Part shown: piece after piece, positions 60,403-64,000 of the stretch
How the letters are laid out: the number at the start of each line of letters is the position of its first letter
Numbering within the stretch: the stretch's first letter is position 1
From: Polymyxa betae A26-41
Taxonomy: Eukaryota; Protista; Endomyxa: Phytomyxea
DNA length: 64,000 nucleotides
Assembly (NCBI GenBank): GCA_003693705.1
Contig: RBZT01000656.1
Coordinates: 1-64,000 of the forward strand
Direction of reading: 5' to 3'
Program-made: the position numbers and the translations under genes
The notes under the pieces: generated by a model
The model's database searches: none
Told to the model about the DNA's origin: nothing
The model's input: only the letters and a program-made list of their open reading frames with translations

Positions 60403-62128
60403 GTGATGGCATAGTCTTGATCTGGACAATTCACTGGAAGACGGAACCCGGGTACGTATCAACCATAACGATCCTACCTTGATCTTAATTGTTCTATCAT
60501 GAACAAAGCGGTTTTGCTCTTTAGTCAAGCAGGTAGGTAATTGAGGCAGAAGAGCTGGTGTAAGAAGCACAGATTTCAGGTTTGTAAGAATGAATAGAGA
60601 GAATAGCAACCGTGCAGGCTAAAGGTTCAGGAAATCAAATTTGTGATCGACTTGTATGAGATGGATATAGGTACAATTGACAGGCTTTCAGGAACATCAG
60701 CACAGACCTATAAAGCAGCTCCCAGGGTGAGCTGTCAAAACTTAGCAAATCTAACCATGTTTGAGTTCAAATGAAGACTAATGAGCAATTCAGCAAGCAT
60801 ATCATAAAAAATTTAAATAGACTAATTACTAATCTATATAAAAATACACTATACACAGAAAACTGCATAAAGAGCACCTCTAACCATATTGTAGATGAGC
60901 AGCGTCTCACTTTGTACCAGCTATAATAATAGTGTAAGCGAAGGCATCTTCTGAATATGTGAAACCTATTTATAATTTGCTTGCAAGTTCTACCTGACCT
61001 CACCACTGGTTGGTCGCTGTATGTATGCTTCGAGGTTTTATTGTTGACAAGATAGTGGGACTAGCAGAGACCTGGTCGAAATCTCAGAGCGAGGCTCTCC
61101 GAAACGAAGTTGCGACGTCCGAAAAAACAATTCAATGACGATGTCATAACGAAAACAATAGAAGCAGAAAGCTTTCTGTCTTCTAATGCAGAGAGCATCA
61201 CGAGACTGATGACAACGCCCTGCTCCTGTAACTGTGCTGTGGGTGTTTCGAACATGGTAACATTATCATGACTTGAGAGCCCAGTTGGTCACTTGGCAAG
61301 GTAAACATAACACTACGTGGCATTGGCGTATCCCCATTCGCAGAGTCGGGATCCCCGCATAACCCAAGTCGCCATTCGCCAAGTCGGACGGAACCCAAGT
61401 CGCCACTCGCCGCCCCGAGTTACCCATCGCTATTATCCTGCACTCGAGTTGGTGCGCGCAGCCCGCGCACTCTTTGAGGTCTTCCAACACTCGTCTCACC
61501 TCGTTAGCTCATTTGCCAATCGTCGTGTTTGGATCACGGTCCCAAGGTGCGGGTGAGTTGTCGTCGTTTCTGATGCTGTGTTCTATAGGGATGGGGACGA
61601 CGCCTGCTCCGATCTAGTCATGCATTCAACGCCCCTTTCCAATGTGCTACTATGCTAATATATCACTAAAAATGAGTGATTGATTTCTTATATACGATTG
61701 TCAACCGTTCAGGTATACTTTCCAGTATTGAAGAGCAATTGAGGGCTTTGTATCGAAAAGTTATTGCAATGTTTGCCTTGATTATTCTAGTTTCAGGGCC
61801 CACATTCATCATGTATGATGGGCTGCTCAGCCTTCTATCAACCACAAGCCAATACCAACAGAAGAACAGGACAGATGGATGTATATGATCCTCATTAAGT
61901 CGCTCTCGGACGCCGTCGGATCGGGACTTATCTCCTTCGCCACTAGAAATAGCGCCGGACGAGGTTAGCCATTATCGACTCCACGGCGCCCGCGGACTTT
62001 GCAAATGTCCGATGAGGCCATCCGATGACCGGAAGTGACCTTGGCGCTGGCTTCTAGGGTTTTTAGACTCTAGGCTCGCAAGAATTCCCGCCCTTGTGGG
62101 ATCAGACTTTCTCTCTGGTATTATTAAT

Positions 62129-63816
62129 ATGACTGAATCCCAATCCGAAGACGTTCCCCAGGAAGTCCAGATCATGGTTACGAAAGACGAGTCGGAGTCG
62201 GCGAGATCGCGATTCTGGCGCGTCCTCTGTCTGTTGTTCTTCTTGGGGACGCTGTTCCAGAGTTTCAAGCCGTCTACCCCGTTCATGTCGCCATATCTTA
62301 AGTTTCGACATGGAATGACCGGCACCGATATCTCTAATCAGTACTACCCATATCGAACCTTCTCAATGTTTTTCCTGATGGTCCCGATCACGGTCTTGGC
62401 CGAATTCTACGTCGGCTATATGCCAGTTCTATTCGCTGGCATCCTGGCCCGTGTTTCTGAACAGTTCCTGCTCTACTACTGTCCGGCCCAAAATTTCCAC
62501 TTGATTCGGTTTTCGCAAGTGCTGCATGGGATGGCGTCGTGTACCAAGACCGTCCATGGGTCAGTGTTGAGCGCTCCCGTGCTGGGCCGCTTTGTCGCCT
62601 AACTTTCGCGTTCAGGGCGATTCTCTATTTGATCGCTCCCCATGAGTTCTTTCCTGTGATGACGGGTCTGCTTCGGACCTCGAACTTAACCGGACAGGTT
62701 TTTGAAGGGATTACTAGCAACATTATCTACGAGTACTGGAATGACCCAGAAAAGGAATTCTTTATTCTATTCACCATCACTCAGGTACTGAACCTGATTT
62801 TCTTTTTCTTTTAGCTTAGTCAATCGATATTCGCAGATCATGGTCACCGCCGGTGGTATTTTCATGATTATTCTGTTCGCTATTCTTTATTATGACAGAA
62901 AATGCTCGACCAATAAAGATTCGAGCCGACCGCTGGCACCACGAATCACTTCATTGGGAATGCTGCGTGATCTGCTACGAAAAGTTTACTGGGAAACACC
63001 TGGCGTCCTGCTCTGGTCGTTTTGGTACGAATCGCTTCCGAATTCGTTGGTCGTGTTATATTGAAATCGATTGCCAGGTGGTGGACTGCTTACTCGGTCG
63101 GGGAATTAGTTGACGAGATGCATACGGCCTTAATCGAGGACCGTTTAAAAAAAGGCGCCAAGAACGGGTTTCTTTCTGCTACTATTGGCGCTACTTCAGC
63201 GCTCTGTGCCTTTCTCACTGGTAGATCCGAGAATGTCGTGAAGAAATATTCCACCTCGATTGTCATTGGATGTACGAGGCTTCTTATCCTGATTTCCTTG
63301 TAGACTAAATCTGATTTTCTAGGTTTGGCCTTAAGCGGCACGCTGCTGTTAACCGTCTCACATCTTGATAAGGGCCACGATTACTTTTTCTATGCCTGTA
63401 TCGTGACAACTTTGTTCCTCTCGGAAGGGTAAGCGCGATTCGCTCGTCGGAAGGTTCTTCATTGCGAATTAATGATCTTATTTAGTTCGGCTGTGGCCGC
63501 TAATTCGACCATTTCTGTTGCCTTGCCAAAATCGCTACGAGGCCTGACGTTATTCTTTAACACTTTCTTGCAACTGATGTTCCAGTCCGCTGTCCAGGCT
63601 ATTCCACAGGCGTGCGACTGGTCGGTGTCGACAAAGTTCAAGATTCTGGGTGTCATTCTTTACCTCGTCTGTTTTGTGATTTTCTTCGGAACTCAAAAAA
63701 CCATTCTTGGTCGGAGTCAGGCGAAATCCGCCCCGGATGAAATCTCTGTTGGGGCCAGGTGTCCTCCAGCTAAATGCTTAGAGGGCAACGACGCTGCCCC
63801 AGTTTATGGTGCATAA
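62129..63816 (+). CDS. Reduced folate/thiamine carrier (SLC19 family); multi-exon
   Basis: Motifs LCLLFFLGTLFQSFKPSTPFMSPYL, YYPYRTFSMF, LAEFYVGYMP, SQVLHGMA, LLWSFWW and KNGF. Confidence 0.8.
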
Positions 63817-64000
63817 ATCCGCCATCTAGTATATCATTAAGTTAGCTCAGACTCATTATTTATAAACAACCGGGTTGGATGGACCCTGGCTAAATGGCTT
63901 TGCCCGAACCGAGATGTTTTGGGATTTGGACCAAAGTACGGAGTTGCGCGTTAGCAGCAACGTCGTCGGTCTGGGAGCGATGTCGGTCGGGTCTCGGTTC

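Noticed and set aside
61880-62128. TPP riboswitch or snRNA upstream of the SLC19 gene
   Set aside because: No CUGAGA/ACCUG core or snRNA boxes; only a short hairpin.
1-64000. tRNA, rRNA or CRISPR arrays
   Set aside because: No cloverleaf, rRNA signature or regularly spaced repeat-spacer array was seen by eye; the GTTCGA hits lack tRNA context.

Overview
A gene-dense eukaryotic window with roughly 50-nt spliceosomal introns, so most genes are fragmented in the ORF track. The short introns, flagellar kinesin-2 genes, secreted CBM18 protein and TTTAGGG-type repeats fit a plasmodiophorid/phytomyxid protist such as Spongospora; this is inference, not proven. Bases 1-4.3 kb are a transposon graveyard: a PIF/Harbinger MITE with TAA target-site duplication (TSD), an internally deleted hAT element, a truncated Harbinger transposase and an unidentified repeat family. 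Genes, in order: ProRS with an N-terminal YbaK/ProX domain, C2orf81-like, FolD, KIF3A-like kinesin-2, Dsc3-like UBL protein, a large TmcB-like PAS membrane protein, a TauE-like permease region, PPR protein, two cyclic-nucleotide-binding ion channels, NAXD, multicopper oxidase, DIS3L2, a triple-CBM18 secreted protein, a TALE homeobox gene, AKTIP-like, a TPR protein, XPD, eIF2B-alpha, a second kinesin-2, SNAPC1, TRAPPC5, a bacterial-type pseudouridine synthase and an SLC19 carrier. The most notable observations are: (1) an intron-containing Crypton-like tyrosine recombinase element bracketed by 19/20-bp direct repeats; (2) an apparent in-frame spliced fusion of the PAS/TmcB-like sensor to the TauE-like permease; (3) telomere-like repeats, including a canonical G4 motif, concentrated in the XPD promoter and introns; (4) DIS3L2 with an extra CSD2-like domain and a CCHC knuckle. 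All gene models were read by eye, so boundaries are approximate.
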